NCBI GenBank assembly: GCA_013239625.1
Contig: MU053416.1
Coordinates: 315,496 to 379,495 of the forward strand
Direction of reading: 5' to 3'
DNA length: 64,000 bases
Source of the DNA: Lama guanicoe
Lineage: Eukaryota
Shown here in pieces: positions 39,053 through 52,000 of this stretch. The notes below the pieces were generated by a model, which was given only the letters and a program-made list of their open reading frames with translations, searched no databases and was not told the DNA's origin. Every line of letters starts with the position of its first letter. The first letter of the stretch is position 1. A program made the position numbers and the translations under genes.

Positions 39053-40180
39053 TATAATACTTAATATTGATGACTTTAAATGTGTCTATATTACTTAGAA
39101 CATGCTTAAACTAAACTTAATACCAAGTATTATCTTCATATTGAATATTTTCAAGTTTATGTGAACCTGAAGGTCAATTTGGTCAGTTTTTATTTTAAAA
39201 ATACTTAATTTGTAAGCTCTTATTTTTACGTCAGTTAAGCAGAGCTCTTTGATTATGATTTTTTTATCCATAGAAATATCTCATATCTATAATGTGTATG
39301 CAGGTTTATGAATAGACAAAAGCTAAAGATCTCATAGCTTCTCTTTAAAAGTTACCTATGAGATAGGTATAATAATAGTTCGAATAAGCTGAATTTTCTT
39401 ACTCAAATCTGTAAGGCTTACTATTTTGAAAAAGGCATTTAAGATTTCTTGACAAAATTTGAAGGACCCGTCAGAGTTCTTAGTTCAAATATGGCAAAAA
39501 TTTCTTTGGCTTTAAGTTTTATCTCCTTGAGCTAATAAGGCTCAGTCCTAGGTCACTGTTTGCTGTATATTCATTTCTGATCTGCAAGACAAAGACAGAC
39601 ACTTCCAGTTCCCAGAGAACTGCTCTGTCACCTAGGCCCAATTGTATCTCCTTAATTTGCTTTTATGTATCAGTGACAAAAACTGAAAACAAAGAATCCC
39701 TTGTTTTAAAACTTTAAGGTGTAGTTATTCATGTATTCCAAAGCTTGCATAAGGCATTTAGTAAGGTGTCTTTTCCTTGAATTGTAAGTTAAACCCAGGG
39801 TAAAAGTCTTATAGTATTTTTTTATTAGCCACTGAATATTAGTTTTTAATTTTACGTTATATTGGACGGCTCATGTAACTCTATTGGTTTCCATTAGTTT
39901 AATCAGTTACTGTTTTCTGAGGGACAGATATGTGCCTAGCCTTATAATACCAAGAAGGGAAGCGTTTTTCCATTGAAATATATCTATCCCACAATATAAT
40001 TAAGCAAAATTTATATAAAGCCCATATAATATATCAAATTTACAAACTTTTATCTCAGTTTTATTAACTCTTATACCTTTAATTTTAATTTTTTAGTTTT
40101 AATCAATAATTCTTATTTCTTTAAGGAGTTCCACAAGCCTTTTGGTTTTTTCTTTTTGTATTCTTTCCCTTTTTTTCTTT

Positions 40181-40217
<37 letters not shown>

Positions 40218-41979
40218 CTTTTTTTTTTTTTTTTTCACTGTATTTAATTTTATAGAAAAGTCTCTGGGATCGCCAAGTTTAAATAAAACGGACTTGTTTT
40301 TACTTTTTTTTTTTGGTTTCTGTTTTTTTTCTCTTTGGTCATTTTTTTTTAACTTTACATAGTGTAGTATCAAAACCTTGTATTTAAATCCAAAATGTCC
40401 ATTTTATTTATCTCATTCAAAATAACCATTGAAAAATATTTACCCATTTGGGATAAGCCCATTATCTTATTTTTTTTTGTCATTAAGAAAAAATCTTTAG
40501 ACATTTTTACATTGCTTTTTCCAGTTACTCAACCTAGTTAACATTATTCTAAGTTTTTATTAGCATCTCTAAAACCATTGATGGGAAAGGAAAAACACAA
40601 ATGTAGCTTTCAAACCAGTTTTTTTTTAACTAAGTTCTTAGGTTAAACAGTAGAAATGTTTTTCTACCTTTAAACTTAATTTTAATAGGTTCCAATAAAA
40701 CAGCTGTTTATAATGTGAGCTCTTTCAACTTTCACCAATTTAAGTTTTTCCAAATTAAAGCATCCATCATATGGCCATCAATTTACTTTTATGTATATAG
40801 TGATTTTAAACGAATAAGTTGAAGAGGCTTTTCCACATAAGAGTGTGGGTGTTGCCTAAATAAAATTCAAAAGTTTACTCTCCAAAAGGTAAAGGCCTTT
40901 GTGGTCCAGGCTGACGCAACAAAGTTTAAGATGGCAAAATGCCTGAAAATTCGTACTATAAAAGGATTGTTGAGAATCCCAATATATTTGCGTGGCCGTC
41001 ATATGTACACAATACTTGTACCTTTTGCATAGTAGAGTCCAAGTTTTCCTTTAAAAAAAAGGAAACACATATATACATATATAAACAAACATAAAACACC
41101 CAGAGAAAGATATAACGTTTACATTTCAAGGACATAGGAAGAGAAATCCAAGTTCACCCTAAAGGGGTTTTTGTGTTTATAAGTTCAGAATTCCAAAAAA
41201 TGTTTTTATCAGGCCTGGTTAGTACTTTCAGAGGGAGATTTTTTTTTAATACCCAATTAAAATTGTAAGTTTTGTACGTATGTAAACCTGGCTGGGGTAT
41301 TTGTTGTAGGCTGGCAATCTGTCGTTTCTTTTTCTTTTCTTTTCTTTCCTTTTTTTTTTTTCAAAGTTCTATTCCCCATTCTAAGGTCGGGTTGTCAGAA
41401 TAAAATTGCTAGTAAAATATCCCACAGGGACAACTCTATGGCATGAAGTCTTTGCCTCTACCACTCCTGCAAGTTTCTCAGTCACCCAAGAAAACTTTTA
41501 TCAGCTAGGGGGAGGGTCCTATTTTTGAAGTTGAAAAGTTCCTCCAAAGAGTTTTACTTTTATTTTGAAAAATTCAATGGAGGTAACAAAATTGAGGAAA
41601 GCATTAGACCAGCCTCTTACCTAACCACTCAGTCCTGAACCCAGTGTCTTTCAACTTGGACCCACTCGGAACGTCTCCACTGGGTATTTTCCTGGTGTAT
41701 TTCAACCAGGCCCCACCCAGTGAGTCTCCACTGGGTGGACGATTCCCCCCAGTCTCTTTCAACTGGAGGGCCAAGTACCTGGATACACCACCAAATAAAA
41801 CTCAGGATCATCAACCAATATGGGAGATGTGAGAACCAGGAGAGACTCACCCAAATTCATCTTGACTCCCCGGGAAGGCGGATGGTCACAAAGGGCCACT
41901 GCTGGTACCAAAGCTCCGGTTACTTGGAGATTTCAGGTGGAGAGAAGCCTGCTCTGTGTCCCTTCATGGTGTCCAAAAC

Positions 41980-42473
41980 TGTTGACTGAAATACATTTGC
42001 ATCCTAAAAGTTAAGAGTTATGTTTTATTTGGTGGGAGGACTCAAGCCAAGATGACAGCCTCTCAGATCGCTCTGAGGGACTGCTCTGAAGAGATTGGGG
42101 AGGAGCTAGGATATAAAGGAGATTTACAACAAAGACCAGGTAGTTGGAACAATAAAACATTGCTTGTTATCTTAAGAAAGCCAGGTATCTCAAGTTCAAG
42201 AATTTAGTACTTTTCTATGTATGGGAGGAAGCAAACATTTGGACTCACAGAATTCATTCTTAAGACAAACACCTAGCTATCTAGGGCCAGTATCCTGTCC
42301 TTTCTTATTATGAGTCTGCTCAGAGGGCACCATTGTGAGTGGCTGCAGAGGCTGGGCTGCAGGCCTGTCCTTGCTGGGGGGTGGCAGCAGCTGCTGATGA
42401 CTTGGTTTTGGAATTCTTTGTTTACTGGCATCGTTGCAGTGTTTTCATTCATATTGTAGTATTTTCTTTCACA
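41980..42473 (-). repeat. 5' LTR of the outer ERV
   Basis: tgttgactgaaat...ctttcaca; adjacent PBS-like sequence. Confidence 0.92.
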
Positions 42474-42980
42474 GACTGATTATCGATAATCTGGAAACTT
42501 TTAAAGGAACCGAGATGGAATTACTGCAGGTAATTTCTTCTTTAATAAGCCGTGTGCAAATATAAACTCGGAGGAAGCATGCAAAAGGATTTGATGGTGT
42601 AGGGAAGGGTTTCTGCACATTACAGGAGAAAGCAAGGCAGAATTCCTCTTCTTTGTGGGCAGGGACGTGAGTCCACCTTCTTCTCTGTAGTTGTTTGTGA
42701 GAGAATATTATGGTAATTAACCAACATTGACAAATAATGGCACACATTGCATTTAAGAGCTGGCCTATGCAAACTTGTGTATTGGACAGGTGAATTTCAT
42801 AGGCAAGTGGTCAGGTGGATGGGAGTGAGATTGAGCCCAGGCCTGGGCCCAGATTCAGGTTTAAATCACCATTGCCTCACTATAGGGCCTTAGACTATAA
42901 TATAACCTCTCTTAACCAGTTGGTGAATCTGTGAAATGTGCATGATAGTATCCGTTTCTTCCTGGGTTTGTTGTAAGATG
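42474..42980 (+). repeat. ~510-bp direct duplication, right copy (abuts the right LTR)
   Basis: Begins at the first base after the LTR (gactgatt ~ gatctgatt at 25328). It continues into an uninterrupted MIR, which is cut off by the LTR in the left copy. Confidence 0.95.
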
Positions 42981-44776
42981 TGAACAGTATTATAACACAC
43001 ATGAAGCACTTAACAAACAGGCAATTAGCAGTGTTCACTGTGTCCGTCTGCCCCGCTTAACATGTGTCAGAGCCGTAAAGGCAGCATGTGTCTGTTGAAG
43101 ATGCACTGGTAGCCCCTTGAATAGGTTGTGAATTTGGTGATTTCCTTTAATACTTGTAACTCTATGTGCCATGGGCAGTTATTTTCATGGACAGATGAGG
43201 AATCTCAGGGTAAAGAAGACTGTGTAATTTGCCCCAAGTCAGACCATAATTTTGGGTGCAGGGGCCTCGGTTCAGCATGGGCCCCTGGGCTTTCTTCCCT
43301 CTCCATTCAGCACCAGAGCCAGACGTGGGGTCGCCTGTCTCCCAGCCCAGAATATCCAGTAGGCAGCAAGACACACCTGGCCCTGTGCTGCTTGAGCAAA
43401 AACTCCGAAGGAGAGGCAATTACAAAAGGGAAAAACATAAAAACAGACGACAGCAAATTGTGATCAGCTCTGAGAAGGAAAGGAACACGTCTCGCTGTGC
43501 AGAGCTGGGAGCTTTCCCGTCGGGGCTGCTCTCGGGGTGTTCATCTCAGCTAAACAAGCTCTGCTGCTGCCCCAAGCAGGAAGGCAGGGCGTGTGTGACC
43601 AGGTAGACTGGGCCTCGTTGATCATACTCATTCCCCATTAAGCGGCAGCTGTCACGGGCACTTACCTAGTAAGCAGATGTCGGCCATAATCATCACGCAT
43701 TTTGCTTGGTAGTTTTATTGGCCCCACCTTTGAGATGAGGTCATTGAAGCTGGGGAGTTTTCTGCATGCCCGTGGTCATTTTGGAAATACCCCCACTGGT
43801 CTTTCCACCTAGACTGGTGTGGCTGTCATGTCCCAGCCCTGTGAATGGCATTGTGTAGCTTCTCCCAAATGGCCCAAATGACTGACATTGATTTTCTTAA
43901 TTCGTAGGAAATGGTATGTGACAATAAGAGAAAACGATAGTAAGAAATTGTTTGGAAAACTAGAATCAAATCCAATTCTTCCCCAGCTAGGGGAGCATAC
44001 CCTGTGTCACTCACCCCACTCACTGCCTGGCACCTCCTCCCTGCCGACTCTGTGTTCAGAATCCACTCTGAGCCTTTAAAGAACATTTTGGCTCATGACA
44101 CTTTTGACTAGGACCTGCGACCTCTCTGTCCCTGGTTAACTCTCCCTTCAAAGTCATTTAAATTTTATGCAGGCTCCTCAGCTCAGATGTAAGAATAGCC
44201 TCTTTAAACTTCTTGATGCAGCTCCTTAATGAAGATCTTGTGAAGGAAACCTAGCCAAAGCCTTGGAGGTATGCACATAGTGACTGTAACCTCCACACTT
44301 TGTGAAGTTCAGAATCAGAGGGGTGGGATACTCAGGAAAGGCTTTCTAAGGTAGAAAAGGGAAAGTGAAAGGATGCAGGCTGTGTGAGGCTGAAACATCT
44401 CTGGTCCCAGCCATCAAGGATCCTGTGTTCAGGATGGTGTGTGGGGAGTGCAGAGTTTTCACAAAAAGGAAGTGGTAGGATGGGAGGGAGGACAGTTAGG
44501 TTCTTTACTGGGGATGGAAAACGTGGGGTGAGCATTTCCTGGTTGAACAAGAGGAATGTGAGATGATGTGCTTGTATTTTGGAGAGAAGGGTTTTGTGGG
44601 GACAGGCCTAGGGAGAACCTTCTCTGGATGGGGAGTCAGGACAACAGAGAACCACAGAGAACAGGGCCGACCCCAGGGACCCTGCTGGGGAAGGGCCTGC
44701 CCGCCATTTCGAGCCCTGGGGGCTGCTTCTGTCCCTTAGCTAGGGCCTCAGAGCTCCCTTCACAACCCAGTCCTGT

Positions 44777-45391
44777 TGATACAAGAATACAGATGTGGGG
44801 CATGAGAAGGGCTGTGTCCCAGGCTTTGGTTGAGGTCCTGGAATGTGCCCCACCAGACGTGGTTCCTTGGCTTCATGTAGGAAAGAATTCAAGAGCAAGT
44901 CACTGTTGAGTAAAGGTAGATTTATTCAGAGGGATACATTGAAAGGCAAGAGAAAGGCCATGAGGTGTTGGGGTAGGGTGCTCAGATTAAAAGTAGGTTC
45001 ACACTACACAGAGTGTGGGCCTTCTCCGAAGAGGGAGAGAGGGGTGACAGCGAGGCAGTGCTGTGTTGCTGGTTTACATAGGCTTGGTGTTTTCATATGC
45101 TAATAAGAAGGACCAGCCTAAGGGCAACGGGCTGGGATTCCCAGGGAGTTGGCCATTTCCCACACTTTGACCTTTTGTGGCTAGCCTTGGGACTGCCATG
45201 GTGCCTGGGAGCATGTTGTTCACAATGTTACTATTACAATGGGTGTATAATGAAACTGAATATCTGCTAGAAGTTAAATCTCTTCATCCTGAGCCTCAAG
45301 GCTTATTGGGGGTTGAATCCTTCACCATTTTATGTTAATTGATTTGGTCTTCCTTGAATGGCTGTGCTCTGTCCCCTTCCATCCTGTCTCA
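44777..45391 (-). mobile_element. ERV1-class solo LTR (~615 bp)
   Basis: TG...CA ends, perfect 4-bp TSD CTGT (44773-44776 / 45392-45395), and minus-strand AATAAA (tttatt ~44921). Confidence 0.88.
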
Positions 45392-45656
45392 CTGTGATGA
45401 CACAGAGAGAGAGCAAAGGCCTGGCCCTGCCTGTGCTCCTGCATTTTACAGGGGTTGGGGTGGGCAGAGGATAGCTTTCAGTGGTGAGAAGGATGTTTCA
45501 GATTTTCCCACGTGGGACAAGGGGACATGCCAGCAGCCACCACACATTTATCTCACAGACATTATCGCTTGTGTCTTTCATATTTTTCTATTTTTCTTTT
45601 TGCTTTTTAAGTATTTAATCAAAATTTAATATCAGGTCTTTTTAGGAAACAAATTT

Positions 45657-45796
45657 CTTTTTCTTTTCTTTGGGGCTCTTTTGGAGGGGTAGGTAATTAG
45701 GTGTATTTTTCTGTTAGTGGAGGCCCTGGGTCTTGAACCCAGGACCCTGTGCACGCTATGCACACACTCTAACACTGAGCTCTACAACCCGCCCCA
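45657..45796 (-). mobile_element. Vic-1-type camelid SINE
   Basis: Reverse complement ggggcgggttgtagagctcagtgttagagtgtgtgcatagcgtgcacagggtcctgggttcaagacccag...cctaattaccta plus an A-rich tail. Confidence 0.82.
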
Positions 45797-46790
45797 TCAT
45801 CTTTTTCTTTTTGCTTTAGCTGCCAAGAATCTTACAGCTGAATTTCTAGTCGGCCTTTAACACTTACCCTGACTTCATGGTATCCATTTTTATGACTTTA
45901 CCTCCCCCTGGTTTCATTTAAGTATTGAATCTCCGTTTTCTCTTCACTCTCACTTTTGTCTTTTTGTTGTTATGGTTGTTAAGCTGTGTTTAAAAAATTG
46001 TTTAATTTCTCTTTTAGCTGGAGGATGAAAGTAAATATATATGTAAACAAACTTATCACACTTAAATGATTTTATACATTCTTAGCTGTTTAGTAGTTAC
46101 TTAAAAACTGAATTGAATACTAAAGTGATAACATTTTTACATTAGTTTTTAATTTTTTATAAAGATATAGCTGATTTACAATATGATATGTTTCAGGTGT
46201 AGAATAGATGTGCAATTTTTAATGTTATGCTCCATTTATAGTTTTTGTAAAACATTGGCTATATTCCCTGTGTTGTAAGATGCATCCCTGTAGCGTGTTT
46301 ATGTTACAAGGAGCAGTTTGTATAAGAAAGTTGTGTAATGCAGAGTCTGGGGCGTGGCTGTGTCTGACCCAGGTTCACGGTCACCCTGCCTGTTAGAGCC
46401 CAGGCCCTCACTCCTGTCTGCAGGGGAGTGAGCTGAGGCAGCTCTCTTTAGCACTGGCACCACCCTCTGAGTGGCAGTGACAGCAGTGATTGTCTGTATA
46501 CATGCAAAGTGTTGTTCCAGAAGCTTTACATGCATTTCTGCATTTAATAATTAAAGCCCTCCTGTGAGGAATCGTTTTATGTTTTTAATGAATAATATAT
46601 TTTATTTTGATTTTGATACAATTCAACCTCCGGGAAATTTACAGGAATAGTACAATAAACGCTTAGATACGGTTCATCTAAAAGGGCACTATTAGCCCTT
46701 TTGTGTCTGGCTTATTTTAGCATAAAGTTTCAAGATTAATCCATGTTGTAGCCTGAAGCAGTACTTTATTCTTTTGGTTTGATAATATCC

Positions 46791-48275
46791 TTTTTCTTTT
46801 TTTTTCGTTTTTGGTCCATTTAAAAATATTTTCATTGAATTCTAGTCAGTTTATAATTTTGCATCAGTTTCTTGTGTACAGCACAACACTTCAGTTATAT
46901 AGGAACATACCTGTATTCAGTTTCATATACTTTTTAAACATGTTACTAAAAGATATTAAATTTATTTTCCTGTGCTATACAGTATAAAGTTGCTGTTTAT
47001 TCTATACATAGTCAGTATCTGCAAATCTTGAACTCCCAATTTATTCCTTCCCATACCCTCTTCCCTCTGGTAACCATAGTTTGTTTTCTATGTTTCTGTG
47101 TCTATTTCTGTTCTGTAGATAAGTTTACATTTTTGTTTGTTTGCTGTTTTCTTTTTTGTTTTTTTGTTTTTTTAGATTCTACATGTGAGCGATCTCATAT
47201 GTTACTTTTCTTTCTCTTTCTGTCTTACTTCACTTAGAATGACGTTCTCCAGGTCCATTCATGTTGCTGCAAATGGCATTAATTTATTATTTTTTTATGG
47301 CTGAATAGTAGTCTATTGTACAAATATACTACAACCTCTTTATGCAGTCATCTTTCAGTGGACATTTAGGTTGTTTCCATGTCTTAGCTATTGTAAATAG
47401 TGCTGCTGTGAACATTGGGGTGTAAGTGTCTTTTTGAATTAGGGTTCCTTCTGGATATATGCCCAGGGGTGGGATTGCTGGGTCATATGGGAGATCAATT
47501 TCTTTTCTTTTGAGGAAACTCTATACTGTTTTCCACAATAGCTCCACCAACTGCATTCTCACCACAGTGTAGGAGCGTTCCCAATTCTCCACAGCCTCTC
47601 CAGTATTTATTGTTTGTGAACTTCTGAATGATGGCTATTCTGATTGGTGAGAGGTGATACTTGATTGCAGTATTGATTTGCATTTCTCTGATAATGATAT
47701 TGAGCATTGTTTCATGTGCCTATTGGCTATTTCTATGTCTTCAATGGAGAAATGTTTCTTTAGGTCTTCTGCCCATTTTTGGATTGAATTATTTGTTTTT
47801 CTTTCTTATCAAGTGTAAAAGCTCTTTATATATACTGGGAATTAAGCCCTTGTCAGTCTCATTTATTGCAAATATTTTCTCCCTTTCCATAGGTTGTCTT
47901 TTTGTTTTGCTTATTGTTTCCTTTGCTGTGCAAAAGCTTGTAAGTTTAATTAGATCCCACTTGTATAGTTTTACTTGTATTTCTATTACTTTAGTAGGCT
48001 GCTCTAGGAGAACACTGCTGAGATGTATGTCAGATGTTTTGCCTATGATTTCTTCTAAGAGGTTTATAGTGTCTTGTCTACATGTTTAAGTCTTTAAGCC
48101 ATTTTGAATTTATTTTTGTGTATGCTGTGAGGGAGTAGTCTAACTTCATTGATTTACATGCAGCTGTCCTGTTTTCCCTACACCATTTGCTGAAGAGGCT
48201 GTCTTTACTCCATTATATGTTCTCACCTCCTTTGTCAAACTTTCAATGACCAAAAGTTTGTGGGACTATTCTTGA
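46791..48275 (-). mobile_element. Lineage-specific L1 3' fragment inserted in the older L1
   Basis: Same 3'UTR/ORF2 end as the L1s at 1.3 kb, 34.3 kb and 56.4 kb (tacttcacttagaatgac, gaacattggggtg, ggtcttctgcccatttttggattg). T-tail at the left end. Confidence 0.88.
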
Positions 48276-48401
48276 TCATTTTGTTTATCCATTCATTGAT
48301 GGATGGATATTGTTTGTAATTTTTGGCTACTCTGAATGATGCTGCTATGAATATTGATGTACGAGTTTCTGTGAGAATATGTTTTCATTCTCTTGGCTGT
48401 A

Positions 48402-48540
48402 CAGTTGGCCCGCCATATCTGTAGTTTCCACTTCATGGATCCAGATGGCTGATTGTAAAGGGAGTCGAACATTCTTGGATTTTGGTATCCAGGGTGGGGG
48501 TTTCCTGAAACCAACCCCCTGAGGATACTGAGGATGACTC
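48402..48540. mobile_element. TcMar-Tigger-type MITE (MER2/MER8-like termini)
   Basis: TA|cagttggcccgccatatc...ggatactgaggatgactc|TA: imperfect TIRs and TA TSD. Confidence 0.75.
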
Positions 48541-48959
48541 TATATGTACGAGTGGAATTGCTGAGCCATATGTGCACTCTAAACTTTTGAGGAAACACCA
48601 GACTTTTCCAAAGAAGCTGTACCAATGTTCCTTTCCAACGGCCACATATGAGGGTTCCCATTTCTCTGCCTCCTTACCGACATTTGTTATTGTCCATGTT
48701 TTGGTTATAACCATCCTAGTGCTTGTAAAATGAGATATCATTTTGATTTTGATTTAGCTAGTGATGCTGAGCATCTTTTCATATGCTTATTGGCCATTTG
48801 TGTATCTATTTAAATCCTTGGCAAATTTAAAAATTGGGTCGATTTTCTTTGTATTGTTCAGTTGTAAGCATTTGTTATATATCCTGGATAGTAGTCTCTT
48901 ATTAGATACATGCTTTGAAAAGTTTTTCTCCTATTCTACAGATTGTTGTTTCACTTTAC

Positions 48960-49068
48960 TTTTTTTAAACATTAAAACAGTTTCTTTATAGGGGAGGTAA
49001 TTAGATTTATTACTTATTTTATTTTTTTTGCCAAGCACCCACTCTATCATTGAGCTACCCCCTTCCCC
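48960..49068 (-). mobile_element. Internally deleted Vic-1-type SINE
   Basis: ggggaggtaattagatttatt...gcacccactctatcattgagctacccccttcccc has the same ends as the other copies. Confidence 0.65.
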
Positions 49069-52000
49069 TTTCATTTCACTTTCTTGATGATGTCCTTTGT
49101 AACAAAAAGGTTTTAATTTTGATGACATCCATTTTATCTTTTTTTTTTATGACTTATGCTCTTGGTATTGTATCTAGGAAGCCATAGCCTATCCTAGGAC
49201 CACAAAGATTTATACTATGTCTTCTCTTAGAAAGTTTATAAGTTTAGTTTTTAGGTTTCTGTCTGTGATCCATTTTGAATTAATTTTTATTTCTTATATA
49301 CAATAACGGGATCCAGATTCCAGATTCCTTCTCTTGCCTGAAGATACCCAGGTGTCCTTGCACCATTTGTTGAATAGACTATTCTTTCAATGCAGTGTTG
49401 TTGGCACCCTTGTGGAAAACTGACTGTAAATGTAAGTTCCACCTCCCCCCCCCAGATTTTTTACTGTGTCTCATAAATTTATATATCCAAACTTATGCCA
49501 GTACCATAATGAATTTAGTACTATAGATTTGTAGTAAATGTTAAAGTGAGTCCTCCAACTTTGCTCTTTTTTTCAAGATTCTTTAGGCTTTCCTGGGCCC
49601 CTTGCACTTCCATATGAATATTGGGATCAGTTTTTCAATTTTTGCAAAGGAGTCAGCTGGAATTTTGATAGGGATTCCATTGAATTTGTAGATCATTTTG
49701 GGGAGTCTTAACATTTTTAACAATATTGTCTACCATTCCATGAACATTGGATGTCTTCCATATATGTAGATCTTTTAAATTTTTTTTCAGTGATACTTCA
49801 AAATGTTCAATGTACAAATGTAAATTTTTGTTAAATCTATTTGTCATTTTATTTTTAATGCTGTTGTAAATGGAAAGGCTGAGCTTCTTAAGGGTGGGAC
49901 TAAATATAAACTTGTTTATTTTTAGGATTCATACACAGCAAATTAACTAAGTTTATATTTGCTACATAAATCTATCCACAACTCTTCCCACCCCCATGTT
50001 ATAAGAAACCAAGACCCAGGTTAAGCTACCTGAACACCTATGTGAAAGTGAGAAATGAGACCCTTGGGTGGGGCACAGTGCAGATGATATGGAGAGCTTA
50101 TTCAGGATGGCTTCATCTTAATTTCTTTTAAACAATCCTTTCAGTGTATATAGTCAGATACATTAAGAACATGCCCATTTGATATGCAAAGGAGCTAAGA
50201 CTATCATTTTCAAATAATTTCTAGTGAAAGTATTGTACTTGAAACCTAATTAGCACTAATCTTTGAAGATTTATATTTCAGGAGCTTTGACTAAAGAACA
50301 CCTCTCTTTATTCAATAATGACAACTAAATGTTCAACAACATGTAAGAGTTTGAGCAAACTGCCCCCGCCCCATAGTGCTGGTTGCCTGCAGCTGTAACT
50401 GGAGTCAGCACTTACCTCTCCCAGTACACTTGTGCTGATCTGCTCAAAGGGGTTCGTCCAACACTTTGTCAGTAGTCTCTTGAACAAAGCCATAAAGCAT
50501 TGATTTAAGGTTGCTGGAAGGGAATCTATTTGTATTAATATTAAGTAAGCACATATTGAGTGCTTACTGTATGTTGGGAATTGTCCCTCAGCCTCACATG
50601 AATATTATTTCTCTTAAAACCACACATATTTCCTTCTTATTCTCATTTTACAGATATGGAGACTGAGGATTAGGTCTTCTCTCTTTTGGGGGGAGCTCAT
50701 TATCAATGAATGCAAGCTATAAGGAAAAAGATATTGATTCATCCTGAGAAAACACTTTTCTAAGAATCAGCAATGAAGAGGGTGACCACTGAAGAGGGTG
50801 ATCATTGTTCAAGTGAGACGAGCCCCGGGTAGTATGGAGTCAGCATCCTTGTCTTGGACACGGCCTATGTAGAGATACGTGGTCGGTGAGGTGGCGTGGC
50901 CGTGCAGGGAACAAGGATGCCGGACTGTTTGGCTGTGCTGTGGCCCAGTGGGGCTTTCTCCTAAAGGCAGTAGACCGTCATGGACAGATTTTAAGTAGGG
51001 GAGTGCAGTGCTCTCATAGATCACTTTTGTCTTGTAGAATGCTTGGAAACATTTAGAAGGCTCAGCAGGAGGTGATGTGATGAGTCAGAGTAGGGTGTCT
51101 GTGAGGTGTAGGAGTGTTCAATTTTCAAGTGGTTTTCAGTCTCATGTTTGTGGCTCAGTAGCCGTGTCTCTTTGATTGACACATTCAAGGAAGTGAAACA
51201 ATTTATCTAATCAATTGAAGCAATGATGTACCCACTTCCCCAGACTGTTGTGGAGATCCAGTGAGATAACATGTGCACAGTGTGCAGCATGGTCCCCAGC
51301 AGAGTCAGTGCTGAGTGCCAGTGAGTACCTGGTAGGACAGGTGAGGCTGGTGGGACTTGGTGACTGAGGAAGTCTGAGACCTGAAGTAAGGGTCCAGGCC
51401 AGGGGTCCATCTGTGAGTGATGGGCCTGAGCTAGGAGAGGCAGGGAGACCTTCCCCCATGACCAGGGGCCCTGGGCAGTATGGGAGGAGCACCATGATGT
51501 CAGCTATGTGCAGGTAGAGTGGAGGTGCCCTTGAGACATCTAAGTGCAGTGTCACGAGCTCACAGTGGAGGTCTGGGCCCAGGCTGTGCATTTCCTATCA
51601 TCTCAATCCCTGAGGTCCCCGAGGTATTGATCACTGAACGTGAAGACATACTTTACAGGACAGGTGAATAGTAGTATCATCTCTGTTATCAAAGCTCACT
51701 TCTCTTTATTCATCACTCACTTTGCTAATTCGGTACTTACAGAGCTCACTTCATCGCCCTCCCCTGGGCTCAGGCTCCATAGTAAAGAGCTGGTGAGCCT
51801 CCCACTTTTCCAGAAGAAGACACATTTAGCTGGTAGCCTTGTGTACCTCACCAGACTTAGAATTTTAGTTTGTTGTTTTAATTCTAGTTTCTGTTGGCCA
51901 CCTCCTGACAGGGGAGACTTTTTACCTCATGGTCATGTTTCAATTAGCTGTTACTGAGAATTGCTGATCTGATACATAGTCTATGCATTTTATTAACTGT

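Larger units (their letters stand above)
25841..42473 (-). mobile_element. Non-autonomous ERV1 provirus (MER4-group-like, AT-rich internal region), ~7 kb net of two nested insertions
   Basis: Two 494-bp LTRs with about 10% mismatch over the first 260 bp. Minus-strand PPT aagggggagcac next to the left (3') LTR. PBS-like tggacaccatgaagggac next to the right (5') LTR, 3 mismatches to tRNA-Arg PBS TGGCGACCACGAAGGGAC. Integrase C-terminal remnant HDLQPGDYTYW..LQPEWK(G)PYQVLLT at ~27230-27400. Confidence 0.9.
46690..49880 (-). mobile_element. Old L1M element interrupted by a younger L1, a MITE and a SINE
   Basis: Continuous antisense L1MB-like 3'UTR/ORF2 sequence on both sides of the inserts (ccatgttgtagc..gtactttattc | cattttgtttatccattc..gaattgctgagccatatg..gcaccatttgttgaatagact..ggaattttgatagggatt). 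Confidence 0.8.

Noticed and set aside
40113..40373. Poly-Lys / poly-Phe ORFs
   Set aside because: Translation of a poly-T tract in the ERV internal region.
41640..41790. Short imperfect repeats (gtctccactgggt) suggestive of an array
   Set aside because: Only 2-3 degenerate units within the ERV 5' leader, which is common in ERV1 leaders and not a CRISPR-like or satellite array.
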